Part shown: positions 10,520 through 23,649 of the stretch, piece by piece | Layout of the letters: every line of letters starts with the position of its first letter | How positions within the stretch are numbered: the first letter of the stretch is position 1 | Source of the DNA: Paraspadella gotoi | Lineage: Eukaryota; Animalia; Chaetognatha | NCBI GenBank assembly: GCA_051294375.1 | Contig: CM119267.1 | Location: forward strand, 15,540,105-15,604,104 | Direction of reading: 5' to 3' | Length of the DNA stretch: 64,000 bases | Made by a program: the position numbers and the translations under genes | Notes under the pieces: generated by a model | Seen by the model: only the letters and a program-made list of their open reading frames with translations | What the model was told of the DNA's origin: nothing | Database searches by the model: none

Positions 10520-12305
10520 TTACACGCCAGGACCGCGGCCTGTGATTGGCCAGAGCTCCTCGACTCTGTCGTTTCGAATCCCAACTATCCAATCGTAAAG
10601 ATTCACCGTAGGATCGCAATGGCCCGGAATCAACCAAACGAGATCGCCAACCTTGCAAAAGTCGATCGCAATAATTTGTGGCTAATTTTCATGACTGATT
10701 GAAAGACTACATTTTATGCAGCTTACTAAAATTTATGCAGCTTACTTTAAGGTCCCCACACGGTCTCAATATTCCATGCTCGTCACCACCGCAAATGTAC
10801 TCGACGTTAGGAAGGTTGAAAACCTTTCAATTTTAAGCAAAATCAATTATACCATGAAAACGGATCAAAAAATTAAAAAAATAAAAAATTTTAAATTTTG
10901 GTTCCCATAACCAAAAAGGCAATAACCTGAGGAGGGCCACTGTCCAAAGATACTCCCTTCATGCCGCAGTCGAGGACGGCACGTTTCCCTTTGCTCACGC
11001 TTTGGACCGAAGAGAGAACGAAAAGCGACTGATGATAGACTGACGACAAATATTCCGAAGAAGAGGACATATTCTGTAAATGAGTTGCTGAGGTTTGGAT
11101 ATCAAGTGATGATGTCAAGTTGTGGATTACAGTTTAGCCGTCTACCTTGTTATAATCCACATCCATAAGAGCGTAACTACCGGGTTGAACCTCAGTAAAA
11201 ACTCCACTAGCTGCTTCATAGAGATATGTTCCGGTTCCTCCGCCTTTACAATTAGTAAGCTCATTTTATCAAAGGGGGGGAAAAAAGAAAAGAGTCAAGT
11301 AGCATTACCAGTGACAACTTTGCATTCGACACCGGCATCTTCAAAAGATTTCAGCGTCAATTTTGTCATGTTAATAACTTTTCCGACAGCCTCGCTTCTG
11401 TCCTCGATAGTGCGGACGTGCTGATTCAAACCTTGGTAACACTGAAGGAAACCGCTCGTTTCAGCCCCTTTTAAACTAAGATTGTGACTCAAGAAATCAT
11501 AACTTACTTGAATCCCTAGGAAATTTAGATTCGGATACTTCATGACGCATCGGGCAAGATCGACCGCAGGTTGACCTGGCTCGACTCCGCATCGTTCTTG
11601 ACCAACCTTGAAAAAATTTTCTCCTCAACTTTCTACGCGTTCAATCGAAGGAGAATGTATAGTATACCTATACAAATTCATATTTAAAACAATTACATTA
11701 ACTTCGACGACGATACCGATTTGAATACCATCCCCCTTTTCGGAGACAGCCCTGGAGATATCTTGAACATTTTCTGGATCATCCACGCATAAGGACAGCG
11801 AAATCCCATTAACTTTGGCTGGATTGTGTCAGGAAAAAGTTGACAAAAATCGGAAACTACAATAAAGTAATCGTAAGCACTCGTTGACCTAAGTCGGCGA
11901 GTCTGTCCAACTTTTTACGCCCGATGACCTGATTGGACAAGAAAACATCACGAAGACCCCCTTCGACAAAGGCCTCGGCTTCCGTCAGCGTCTGGGCGCA
12001 AATGCCTCTGCATCCTCCGATCTTCTCCTGGAGGAGGCCTAGATTTGGACACTTGTGCGCTTTGCCGTGAGGACGAATCCTGACGGAGTTGTCAGATGGG
12101 AGAGTTGTCGGCAAGTGGCGCAAGTTTTTCTCTAATTTGTCCATATCAATCAATAGAGCCGGGGTGTCTGAAGTTGAAAAAGGATTGTAACACCGCAGTC
12201 CTTATGTTCATTTAAAGTATCTACTATAAAAATTAACAATTACTAACCGATGTTTTCCAACGAATCGCCGACTTTGCATGGCGGATTAATTTTTGAAGTC
12301 CACAT
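10520..12305 (-). CDS. PLP fold-III D-threonine aldolase / D-serine dehydratase (DSD1) / 3-hydroxy-D-aspartate aldolase-like enzyme, about 8 exons
   Basis: DTPALLID, RPHGKAHK (PLP lysine), EVNVGQERCGV, GGGTGT, EVQPGSY, GDEHG and PGHCDPTVNLYD..GRGPGV*. Confidence 0.9.
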
Positions 12306-12866
12306 GCTGGGGAGCCTTGTTCTTTGCAAAAATTTAAAGAAAACCATTACAAAATATACTATATGAGTCAACAAATTGCAAGAATAAATTGATACACAAG
12401 ATATATGAAGAAAAATCGAAATTTTCGACTTTGGAATTGAAAAAAATATCCTTAAAAATTCATGCTGAGCTGAGCTTGAGATCTTTCTGGAGGTTGAAAA
12501 TGGGAAGCGTTTGACATGCCGGAAAAAGGTGATAATGAAGACAATAGAAAAAAGGTAAATTATAGGCTTTCTTTTGGCAGTCTCGTTGATCAAATACATA
12601 AATGAAAAAACAAAAAAATGAAAGATAAATCATAAGAAAAAATTAAAATTATCGAATAATGGTGATGCCTGTTGATAAATACAAAATGAATCAATTAAAT
12701 AGCCTAGTAATCCAAAACGCTGTAATCTGGGTACCTTGATAAAAAAAATATTGGGGACTGGATATTGAACAGGGTATATAATCAACGATTTGCTAAAAAA
12801 ACAAAAAACGATAATAATTTCAACAAATAACAAAAAGAATTAATTGATTAATGCGGTGAGGAATTA

Positions 12867-15800
12867 TCAATTATTCTTGCCGATTTCGTCTTTCGAAGAG
12901 AAAGCGATGAATTGTTTTCCCAAGATTTCCTGCTCCAAAGCGGCGGCCATGTCTTCGTCGACGGAACCGATCGAGTCTTGATCCTCGTCGTCGTCGTCGT
13001 CATCGGACAATACGTCCTCTTCTCGAAGAAGAACGTCTTGACGAGTCGTCTCCACGCCTTCCAACGTGTCCAGGTCGAGATCTTCTGGATCTGGGTAAAA
13101 ACAGTTTCGAAGACCATACATTGGAAATGATCGTTGAGCGAGGTATAAGGGAGGTGGAGTTGTAAAATCGCCTACCACTGGGATCACGGGGCGAAGATTG
13201 CTGACGTTTGGGAATACCCCAGCCTCGGGGATAATCTCCAGAGAGAGAATCGTCTGAGTCGGATTCACGAGATCCGTGGCCACGGGGAGAGGATCCGCCG
13301 CCGGAACTGCCTCCTGATTCAGCATGAAGAATCGAATGAGGGAATTTTTCAAGCCTTTTTTGGAACAAGTTTTTTGTACCTGGGGAGCCGTGCAAAACGA
13401 GTTGCCTCAATTTCGCGTCTTCCTTCTCGCTGTCATTGTCGCTATCATCTTCGTCGGAACTGACCTTCAGGGCCGATGATACGCATGCATTTTTGTGCCC
13501 ATTACATAAACCCATATCGTTCAAATTACCAAATCGTTGACTTCTTTATCCATATGTTCCAAATCTCCTTTGGAAAATCTCATAAAAGGATTGAGAACGT
13601 CTGCAAAGAGACCCTCTTGCTCGAGATGGATATCCTCTTGATTTTCGTTCTTCGATGACGAATCCGATTCTAACCCAAGTTTGCAACGTTTTTCGGGTCG
13701 TTCACTGACATCACAGACAGTGCCCGAGCTTAACTCGTCTGAAGGAAGAATTTAATTCAAAGCACATTTTGAAACGCTCATAAAACTCCTGGAACCGTGA
13801 TTTAAAAAAAAACAACTACAGATTGCCTCGATTCAGGGCCCACGACTCACAACCTGGACTTATGTCAGAAAACCCAGGGCGGCTTCCCTCCGATTCCTTG
13901 TCTCCATTCACCTTCCGCTTGGCTTTTCGCGATTCCCTACCGGTGCCGGGAGGAAGGACAGTAGGACTGGATCGGCCCGACCGAGATCTTAGGTGAATCG
14001 CAACGTAGGAATAGATATAATATCCGCGAGAAATAGACCACTAGGTTTATTTTACATTTTTAGCGGTTACCTGACGTCGTCCAGATGAATCTCCGTTTGT
14101 TTGGTGAGCTCGAAAACCCTTTCGTCCACGCGTTCCCACCTCTCCGCGCAGCTCCACAACCAATGGGGGGTCACCACATGAACTTGCGGATTGTCCGTCC
14201 TACAATGATAGTTATAAAATATCATCCGCTGTTTTTCAGAAACTAGTATCCCTTAACCTCTTTCGCGAGAGCAAACTAACCTCTGCGCTCGCAAAACTTT
14301 TTCGGTTCCGAGTCGAGCTGCGACGACGTGCGTCGTCCTGTCAGCGCCGGATTCGACAAAGTGACGTTGAACGTTAGCGCCCAACGCCAAGGCCGTCCGA
14401 AAAATCTTGTGGCGCTCGGGAATAACGTTGTATGGGATTACCCCAGAAAATACAAGGTTTACCCCCTAAAAAACAAAATAATTCGCGTCAAGATTGAACA
14501 ATATTATTTAACTTTAGTTAGTATTTACCTTTAGTATTTTCTTTTTCACGTACGGCATAACATGTTTCAGATCGGGAACTTTTCTTTCCTCCGCCTGACC
14601 CTCGTTTTGATCGTAGAGCTCGTAAAAAGCGGCGTGAATTCTCTTTAAAACGTCCTCCAGGTAAATTAGGTAATCGTCGTCCTCTTCAATTCGGATTCCC
14701 TCCGTTTCGCCGTCTTGGTCGTCTCCGTTCGCCTTCTCTTCCGTTTCGCCGACATCCGTCGTCGTTTCCTCCGTCTCTTTGTCTCCGGATTCCGTCCACA
14801 AAGAGTCGCATTCGAGAACGGGGGTTCCCTCATCCGCACCAACCTCGTTTTCCACTTTGGCTTCGCTCAGTTTCCGCTTGGACTCGCCATCGCCATCGGC
14901 GTTTTCGTCACCGGACAAAGTTTCCTGCGTGAAGCGACCAGATTCGTCCTCTTCGTCTGGAAGGGTGTCTTTTTTCTGAGGCGGTCCGAAGTCGACAGAG
15001 GAGGAATTGGCGCTCAATGAAGTGTCGCTAACAGAAGTGTCTGGACTTCTGCCTTCGATATTTTTTACGTTCGCAGGGTCATTTTTTGATGCGACGTCAT
15101 TTTTTTTCAGAGTTTCCTCGTTGGTTTTTGAAACGATTTGCCTCGTAACAGACGCTTCGGTTTGATTGTTCTCGATGTCGACAACTTCTCTGTCTTCGTC
15201 CGAAGTTTTTCCTTCGATAGTTTTAGGTAATTTGCTTCCGCTCTCCGAGAAGTCCTGAGTGGTCCCGGTTTGACCTCGACGTAAATCTCGAGCTCCCGGT
15301 GGCGCGTTAATGTCGCCGGTTCCTGCCGATTAACGTTAATTTTTTAACCAAAATCGTCAGCATTCAAAAGAGTTGCAATGCATTCCACCAGTCACCTTGA
15401 AAAAAGGCGTAAGCTCTAACTGGAATGAGATTGGGAATGCAGTTCCACACGTCCTCGCGATCATCGATTATTGCAACCATGGAATCGCCGCAGGGAAACA
15501 GATCTAAGTTGATGACAAAGAAACCGGTTGAAACTGCTTTAGATATTTAACGTGACATCAGGAAACCTTAATAATCACCCTTGAGATTAGCAGTTTTGGA
15601 AGAAGGATCGAAGCATTCGTCACGCGATAATATTCGGTGCGAGAAGAATTTTCCCTGCAAAGCCAAATTAGTGAAAAATCGATGTATGCCATACTTGTAT
15701 TCATTCACTAATTTTAAATTAGAGACAGTCGAAACGAGAATCAGACCTCGGCGTCGATAAATTTAGCAACGGTGTGAGCGTACATCCGACTCCCGAACGT

Positions 15801-16864
15801 GCTGATCTGGAGTTCGTAAAGACGGTTCATGTTTTCCAAAAACTTTTCTGTGTGAGGCCGTACCCTGGTGTGATACCTATCCAAGTGACGAAGTAATCTT
15901 TAATAGAGGTTCCTCGGAGAAACAGCGTTTTAAAGATTTATTTCACCAGGGTCCGTTGGAGCAAAGCTGAAAGTGATGGATGTCGGTGATTTTGGGGTCC
16001 ACTATCTCGTTCGTCGTGTGGATCAACGTCTGATCCAAATCGACGACGAGAACGAGTTTTCGATCGCGAAGAAGACGCCATTGATCGGCACGGCCGAGAG
16101 TCTCGGCTTCCTCTTTGCTCACGCGCAGTTCCGGAATGGAATGCACCATTGCGACGGAAGCGGTCTTCGAATTCGGAACAGTAGGGGTGAAAGAAGTCTG
16201 GGGGATAAACGATCAGGACAGTTGATAGAATTTAGTCAGAAAACATCGATCATAAAATGTTAAAATAAACCTTTTTGGAGTTTTGAAAGTCCATCTCTAT
16301 TTGAATCTTCTTTAAATCAGCACCGCATTCGGCGCACATGTCTTTCATGATGGTTGGATGTTTGCAACGTTCCACTTTCAGCAAGATTGAACCGACTGAA
16401 AAAGTTCAAAAACTATTTTATCCGTTCAAACTTTAAAATCGACTGGGTTGGCACACTTTTCCTGTATATACCCCAAATAACTCCCAGAAAATTAAATTTT
16501 CCAAAATTTCCAAAAATCTAATTAGTATATTCTAATTACAGTAATTAGCATACACACGTTTCAGTTTTGTAATTTTGAAACCTGTCATCAAAATCATCAA
16601 AATTGAATTTCGTTGTTTCCAATCGCAAATAAAGGGCGTATTACTATTACCTTCCACCAATTCCTTTTCTTTGACTAAAACATCCAAAACAGTTCCGACG
16701 TGGGTTTTGTCCGCTTTGAACTTGAGCGTTTGAGATTTATCGGGAAACTCGTAGAGTCCGAGGAGACATCCTTTGCTTATTTTAGTCCCCGACTTGACCT
16801 TCCATTTAGTTATACGAAACGGGGACTCGACGTCTAAAGAGACATCGATTTCGTCACCCATCAT
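12867..16864 (-). CDS. CTDP1: RNA polymerase II CTD phosphatase FCP1 (multi-exon)
   Basis: CKHPTIMKDMCAECG, LVLVVDLDQTLIHT (DxDxT), LFPCGDSMVAIIDDREDVW, BRCT VVTPHWLWSCAERWERVDE and C-terminal DMAAALEQE. Confidence 0.95.
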
Positions 16865-17319
16865 AGAGACGGGACTGTGAAAATGATCTTGGTAAACAAA
16901 TGAAAAAACGTGACATTCTTCGGTTTTAATCGATATTGTATCGCACTAATACTCAGGTTTTTCCTACAAAATCCTTTGAAAGAGGAAAAAAACAAGCTGT
17001 TTTTTAAGATTCATACAAGTTTTCTCTTACTCATTGTAGATATAGAAAAAAGAATGGAAAAGACGAGTCAAAGCCATTAGAAACGCGTCAGTCAATAACA
17101 ATAATAAATAATTCTATTAAATCTATATAAATCAACAACTTTATGCGATAACGATCACAGTGTCAAAAGCTTGAACAACTAATGTTAGTTAATAAAGCTT
17201 TGCTCCAATAAAAAAATTAACAAAAAAAAACGTATTTAATAACAAGGTAACTTCAATAATAAGAAACTATTTTAATTTTATAACACACTTGAATTTGAAA
17301 TATTCAAATTTCAAAAAGG

Positions 17320-20300
17320 TCATTGCTTCAAGGATTGTTTGTTTTTGTCCTTGTTCTTGTTTATCATTTTCTTTGGCACTTTTTGAGGAACATCAATCAA
17401 CGACTCTGAATCTTCGCTCTTTCTCTTTGCCTCTTGCCTTTTGAAGTGAAAAAGCGTAAAATTATAGTATATACTATATATTCGTCTTTGTATAAGCCAT
17501 AAATGTGACCACTACCTTTTTTCAAAAATTTGGTCCTCTAACATGTAAAGCCTTTGCATAGTTCGATGTTCAGAATCTTGGAGCGCTTTGCAAAACAAAG
17601 ATTGCAAAGGCTTGATGACCAATGAAAAAATGTTATGATCCCTGAAAGAAAAATTGTAATTAGAAGCTTACATATTACAAAAGTTGAAAGTCAATAAGCT
17701 AACCTTAGAAAGCTATAAAAGCCAAAATCGTAAGCGACTCCAACGTTTTTGAGGAGAGTCGTATCGTCCGGGAGCACCGGACACTTTGCAAATCTCCCGG
17801 AAAAGTGGGTTAGGATAACGCATTTTGCATTCATTTTTTTTCCGATCTGTTCAACAACAAAAAAAACTTGAAATATTTAAACCTAGTATATATATATAAC
17901 AATTGGTGGGTGGCGGAATTCACCTCCAACGCCTGCGAAACCGTAGAATGTCGCTTTTTTTCGGCTTCAACCAGCAAGCCGTCGCACATGGTGGCCTCGT
18001 GTATGAGAACATCGGAATCGTGGCCAATGGCGACAAGTTCTTCCGAGGGTTTTGTGTCACCCGAGTATGTCAATTTCCATCCGTCCTGATGGACCATAGA
18101 AATTCCACAAGCCTGATTTTTGTTCAGAAATCGTATAGAAAACAATTATTACTATAAAATAATAATTGGGCAAAAAATACTGAAAAAATTCGGCAACCTG
18201 AGAGCAATGTTGGACGTAACAAGAGGTGATCTCTTTTAATTGCGCGGCGTCCATGAATTCTTTATGAAGTTCATTTGGCTCTTTCCCCACAAAAAGGTCC
18301 TAAAAAGATGTTTGTTGATTATAATTTAATTTCTAAAAAAATACAGTGAATTGCATACCTGACATAGGACCGTTTTTACGACATCAAGGATCGGAGCGAG
18401 ATCGTCGTTAAAGTGTTGAATCAATTTGCTCATCCGAGCTGGAAGCACTACAAAAATCTGCTGATTTTTAGGAGCGTTCGGAGTAGCTCGGTGAGCTCGA
18501 CGACTCGCCTCAATAATGCTGGTCAATCCTGGAACAGATACTTTTCAATATCCGATTCACTTAATTTCCCTCTTTAGCTTTATGAATCTTTTCTAAAGCC
18601 TCTCCTTTCAATATATACAAAACCCAAAATGCAAGTTGTACATATTTCGATTAGAAATACAAACCTAGATGATGATCAGTGTGATTGTGAGAGAGAAAAA
18701 CAAATCTGATAGTCCTAAAGACGTCGTCAGCTTCGTCTCCATATCTTCTCTTGAGCTGCGCCGCTGTTCCTTCGCCCGCGTCAAGAATTCCGCTAATGTC
18801 CGGGCACAAGCGCAATAAAATACCAGAGACGTTGCGTTCAGAGAGAGGCAACGCGGAAGACGTGCCAAGAAAAACGAGCTGAAGCAGCAAAATAAGTTAG
18901 TGACAATAGATAAGTTTCAAGGCTATTTTAGTCTGTTCCCCAGCTTATTCACCGGCAATCATTTAACCAATCAACCATAGTGCTCTCTCATTAACCTGCG
19001 GAAACTGATCCTTCGTCGGATCGATATTCAGCCGGTCAATCTCTGCGTTGCATTTCGCGACGAGAGATTCCAGTTGTGGAGATTCTTTATCAATTTCTTC
19101 CGAAAAAGCTTTCTCGTCGTAGATTCGCTTGAGGTTCCTCGGTTCGCCGGTGAGCACGCCCGCATCCTCGGCCGGCCTGATGGTCATTTGGAATCCTGGT
19201 TGACACAGGATAGACTTTCTGATGGAAAAAGGATTGCGACCGAAAGGACCTGAAGATGGTCGGACCTGATCCGGCAAAAGCGGAAATAGTCGAGCATTGA
19301 CGCGGCTCAGTTTAAATTGGTGGCGATAAGCGGCGACGGACGGGATTCCTCCGGCTTTTGGGGTTACCAAGAAGTGTGCCCCCGCCGTGTCCAGAGAATT
19401 CGACCAGGTCACATAATTTTCGTCGGCAAGAACATCGTCGGGAGAAAGATGCACCAACACCGCAGGGGATTTCAACCGATTCCAGACCGGATGACGCATT
19501 AACGACGGCAGGAGATCAATCCTGGGACAGTCGACCACGGCTAGTGATCCCGTAGGGACGGGGGGAATTGTGACTTCCTCAGGATGCACGATGCGCCCAT
19601 CCTCCAGCGTGACACTCTCCCCGTTGACGAGCTTGCCGAGAAGGGGGCCACGGGGAATTTTCAATTGCATGGCCTTGAACATGTCTAGTCGGGGCTTCGA
19701 CGGGAACGGGTCAAGAACGAAGGAGAAGGCTTCGGCGTCGGGAGTATCCTCTGCCCCTCCATCGCTGACAGTCAACGGGACGTAGCGAACCTGGACCAGG
19801 TCGTCACTCCATTTTTCCATCGATGGATCCGACTGGGCAAAATAAATTTTGTCGGCTGCGAGCGCTTCGCCGTCCATTTCGCAGCTTTTATAGAATGAGA
19901 CGAGTTTCCCGGTCTTGACGGGGCCGTGAAAAGTCAGCCGGTTGCTTTTTTCGGGCAAGCATTCGGGAGCCGAGGTCTGGCGAGACGAAATCTTCTTTCC
20001 CGTGTCACTCTTGTTAATTTTGGCGTCTCTAAGAGTAAGAAACAGGCCGACGCTTCCGCCCACATGATCCCAGGTTTGGCCCGTGAAAAAAATATTTTCG
20101 ATTCGAGCGACGCCACCGGAAAATTCTGTCAGAGACTTTTGGGTACCTTCGCCGCAGTTAAAAAGATAGGTGGATTGATCAGTGCGGACGGCCAGTGACT
20201 AGAAAAACGGATATGTATATAAATTATAATCCAGTAGTGGTTGGACAAAATTAAAGGGAGAGAATAAAAAATTAAAAAAATATTCTGACATCTTCAACCG

Positions 20301-20495
20301 CAAAGTCACCTTTGGGGAACCGCGGTGTCCATTTCCTAAAATAATCAGCTGAACTTGGCTCGGCGATTTTCCGGCCATTTCTTGGAGCCACCTTTTCCGT
20401 TCTTGAGAAAGAAATCGACTAATTTCGGGGACAGAAATCCTGCTGATGATTGTCACCGATAAATATCTATTTTTTAACAAAGAACGCTGGAGCAT
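17320..20495 (-). CDS. ELAC2: Long-form RNase Z (multi-exon)
   Basis: YLFNCGEGTQ, flexible arm IPRGPLLGKLVNGESV, FLGTSSALP, LDAGEGT, SHNHTDHHLG, YSGDTKP, HEAT and LTHFSGR. Confidence 0.93.
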
Positions 20496-21049
20496 ACTTT
20501 CTCTTTACATCTGAAAAAGGAAAGCGAATAAATTATTAACGAAAACGTGGAAAATACCATCTTAAAAACGAATAATTTCCCCAAAACTTTCGTAACTTTT
20601 TTAGCTTTTAACACAAATATCGAATACAAAAATTTACATATTAAAAAAATATGTTATTTTCTGATTCGAATGAGCTCTTTTATTGCGAAATATTATCAAA
20701 AGTATAGGCGTCTACTAGAAAAGAACAAATTCTGCCGAAAAACTCAATTATTCATTATTAAAATTGATTTGCTATAAGCAATATTTCATTCCAAAAAAAA
20801 AAAATCTATAAACAGAGTCAAAAGTTGAGTTAAAGTTTTGGAGACTTTCATTTTCCGAGATGGTAAATGTTAAATAAAGAACTAAATAAATAAATAAATA
20901 AATAATTGATGAACTCCATCTTATTTCCCATTGAATAAAAAAACCCAAAAAAAACCGCAGAAATCCGTCGGTAATAATGAGTTTTAATAGAATTAGTCGT
21001 AATGCTAAAACCACCGATGGCACCCAAAAGTAGGAGAACCTCACTCAGC

Positions 21050-23490
21050 TCAAAAGTCGACAAATCTTACTCTTATGCGTCTACCAAACAAGAATTGATC
21101 GTTCGTACGTGACAGAGCTATAGAAGCCTCCTTAGAACGAGAATATTTCAGGAAAAATTTAGAATCTTCAATCCAGCAATCTTAAAAAAAAAAAAAAAAA
21201 AAAAGTCGGGAGACATTTCAGAAAAAAAAAATAGTAAAAACCTACCTATAACAATACCGAAACGATCGAAATACTGCCACACTTGTCGCAATGTGACTAT
21301 CCGTGATGACCAACCAGTGATGCACAAAATACAAGAATTTCGACTCTAAAATTAAAACAAAGCAGTATGTACGTTTCGTAAATGAAACAACGAATAACCA
21401 ACCGGATTTACCTGACGAGACTCAACGCTATTTTTTGACACGCTGAGATAACCATGACCATGCGAGGAACCTCTAACATATTCCCTTCTAAAAGGGGCAT
21501 CCTTGTCCCCTTTTACATTATTTTTTCTAGAGAAATCTGCTTGCCTGGTCTCATTTTTCTTCTTATAATAATGATCTTCTTTGTGAGAATTTCGTGACCT
21601 ACTTTGTTCTTTATTATAGTTCGTTTCTCTCTTGCCCACGCAATAATTCGGATTCACAGCTGAGAGGAGATTCTCAACAACCAAGGAAGATTTCTCTGTT
21701 GGATTGTCAAAAAGTTCAATGTCTTTTTCTAATTTATGAGATATAAGGTCTACTGTTTCAATTTCAGATTCGGCCACAGGAGAGCTTTCCCTAATTTCAT
21801 TTTTTTCGTTGGAAAAGTTCTCATTATTTTTAACTTGATTTGGAGAAGCAGAAGCGCTCTCTCCTTCAATATTTTTAATTTCTTTCGCATTCAATTTCTC
21901 TTTGGGATTATCTACCCTCATTATTGGCTTTATGTCTTCAGTCACAACCTCAGATTTTTGGGAATTTATGTCATAATTTAACTCGGTAATGTTTTCTTTA
22001 GCAAGTCGGGCTCTGTCCTCTAGGTTTTCAGGGTCTATGTGAATATTGTTCCGTTTTGTTTCTAAAGTCAGATTTTCAGTTTTAATACAGATTGGCATTT
22101 CGACAAATTTTTCAGCAGCAGAATTACATTTTTCCTCTTCTCTGTCAACAGAATGAATTTTTTTCTTATCGACGAATCGATAGCGTAAATCTTTTAAAGG
22201 ACACTCAGTTGATTCTTGTTTTGTATCGATAAAATGGGTTGACCATGATTTCTCCTTAGTTCCACCAGAAGGACCTTTCTCTACCAAATTTTCTTCCAAC
22301 TCTGGTTTTGTGTCGGATAAAGAAATCTTTGACCTCTCGTTCGCAAATTGTTTTTCAAAAGCAGGATCTACTAACAACTGATTTGATCCGACGACAATTC
22401 GCGGAGCCGTTCCAACGACGTCGTTATATTCAGCATTCTCCTCCTCGGTATCCACGCTCTCCTCGACACTTTCCAATTCGTGATCGAAAATGTCTTTTTT
22501 CATAAAAAGTTCTTTACTCAGAGCCGGCAATTTGGACAAGCAAGTCGAGGTTCCACGGGGACGTATAAGCGCGGGCTTTTGACTCCTGGTGAGGATCCGT
22601 CTGGGTGAGGCATCCTCCGTTCTCCTGCGAAGTCTGTAGCGTATCTCCAAGTTTTCCTCTTCGGACAATTCACTGGTAAAGGGTGAAGGGGTTTTTGAAG
22701 TAGATGGTCGAGCAGCTTTAGCTTTCGCGTCGGAGAGAGAGCGATCCGAGTCATCGTCGTCGTCGCTCAAGCGGCAGGGGCGCTTTTTCATGGCGGCATA
22801 TTTTTTATTTACATTGCTCGAATCGACGCGCCTGGATTTAATTCTTTTACGGCTCCTTTTCGTATTCGGCGAGGACCGGAAGCGCGAACATCTTGTCTCC
22901 TTCCTCGTATTTTTTGTTTCCCTTTCGTTTTCGGAAGACGATACGACGATTTGTCCTTGGCCCTCATCCGAACGCACCGACACGGACTTTCGAATCTTCT
23001 TAATCGGCGAGCAGGAAAAAGGAAGACGAAGAACTTGACTGTCGATTCCCTCAAAATCGTTTTGTCGGTCGTTCTCAACGTAAAGCGTCGTTTCCACTTC
23101 CGAATCGGACTTGACCGTTGGGGTGTCGAGCGGAAGACTGAGCGTCGTCTCGCTCTTCGATTCGACGTCGGGAACAGAAAAGCGATTCGCGGAACAATTT
23201 AACTGGGAATTCGCACTAGAGGAAAGAGGCGCCGTGAATGAAGCAGGGGCAAAGGATAAAAGCGACGACAGGCAGCGCGCGTGCTCGGCACGGCCTTTGT
23301 AATAAGAGGAAAGAGACAAGGCTTCAGAGATGCCGAAACTCTTCTGGTACACTTCCTCGATAGCTTTGTCGAAGCAGGAGACGCACATGAGTTCGCGTTT
23401 CTTTTTCACTTTGGTCTCCAACTCTTTTAAATCCTCTGCGATCCCCTCATACATGATGCGAGTTTGATTTAATATATCTTCCCAGGCCAT
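21050..23490 (-). CDS. Orphan protein: N-terminal coiled coil, long disordered region, C-terminal RRM-like domain (3 exons)
   Basis: A long first exon is spliced to two small exons reading SCILCITGWSSRIVTLRQVWQYFDRFGIVI-DCWIEDSKFFLKYSRSKEASIALSRTNDQFLFGRRIRVRFVDF*, which has RRM spacing. Confidence 0.75.
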
Positions 23491-23649
23491 ATTTATATTA
23501 TTAAGAAAGGTTCTGAATAGAAAAAATATAATCCGTCATCATGATAAAGTATAAATTTTGATAACCATCCGAAAGATCACAGATAACAAAATATAATAAA
23601 AAAAGTTTATCTACCATTTTCTTATAGGCAGTAAAATAAATATCAAGAA

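Noticed and set aside
20772-21063. Hydrophobic small ORFs downstream of the RRM gene
   Set aside because: Non-ATG starts, and the hydrophobicity reflects U-rich UTR composition.
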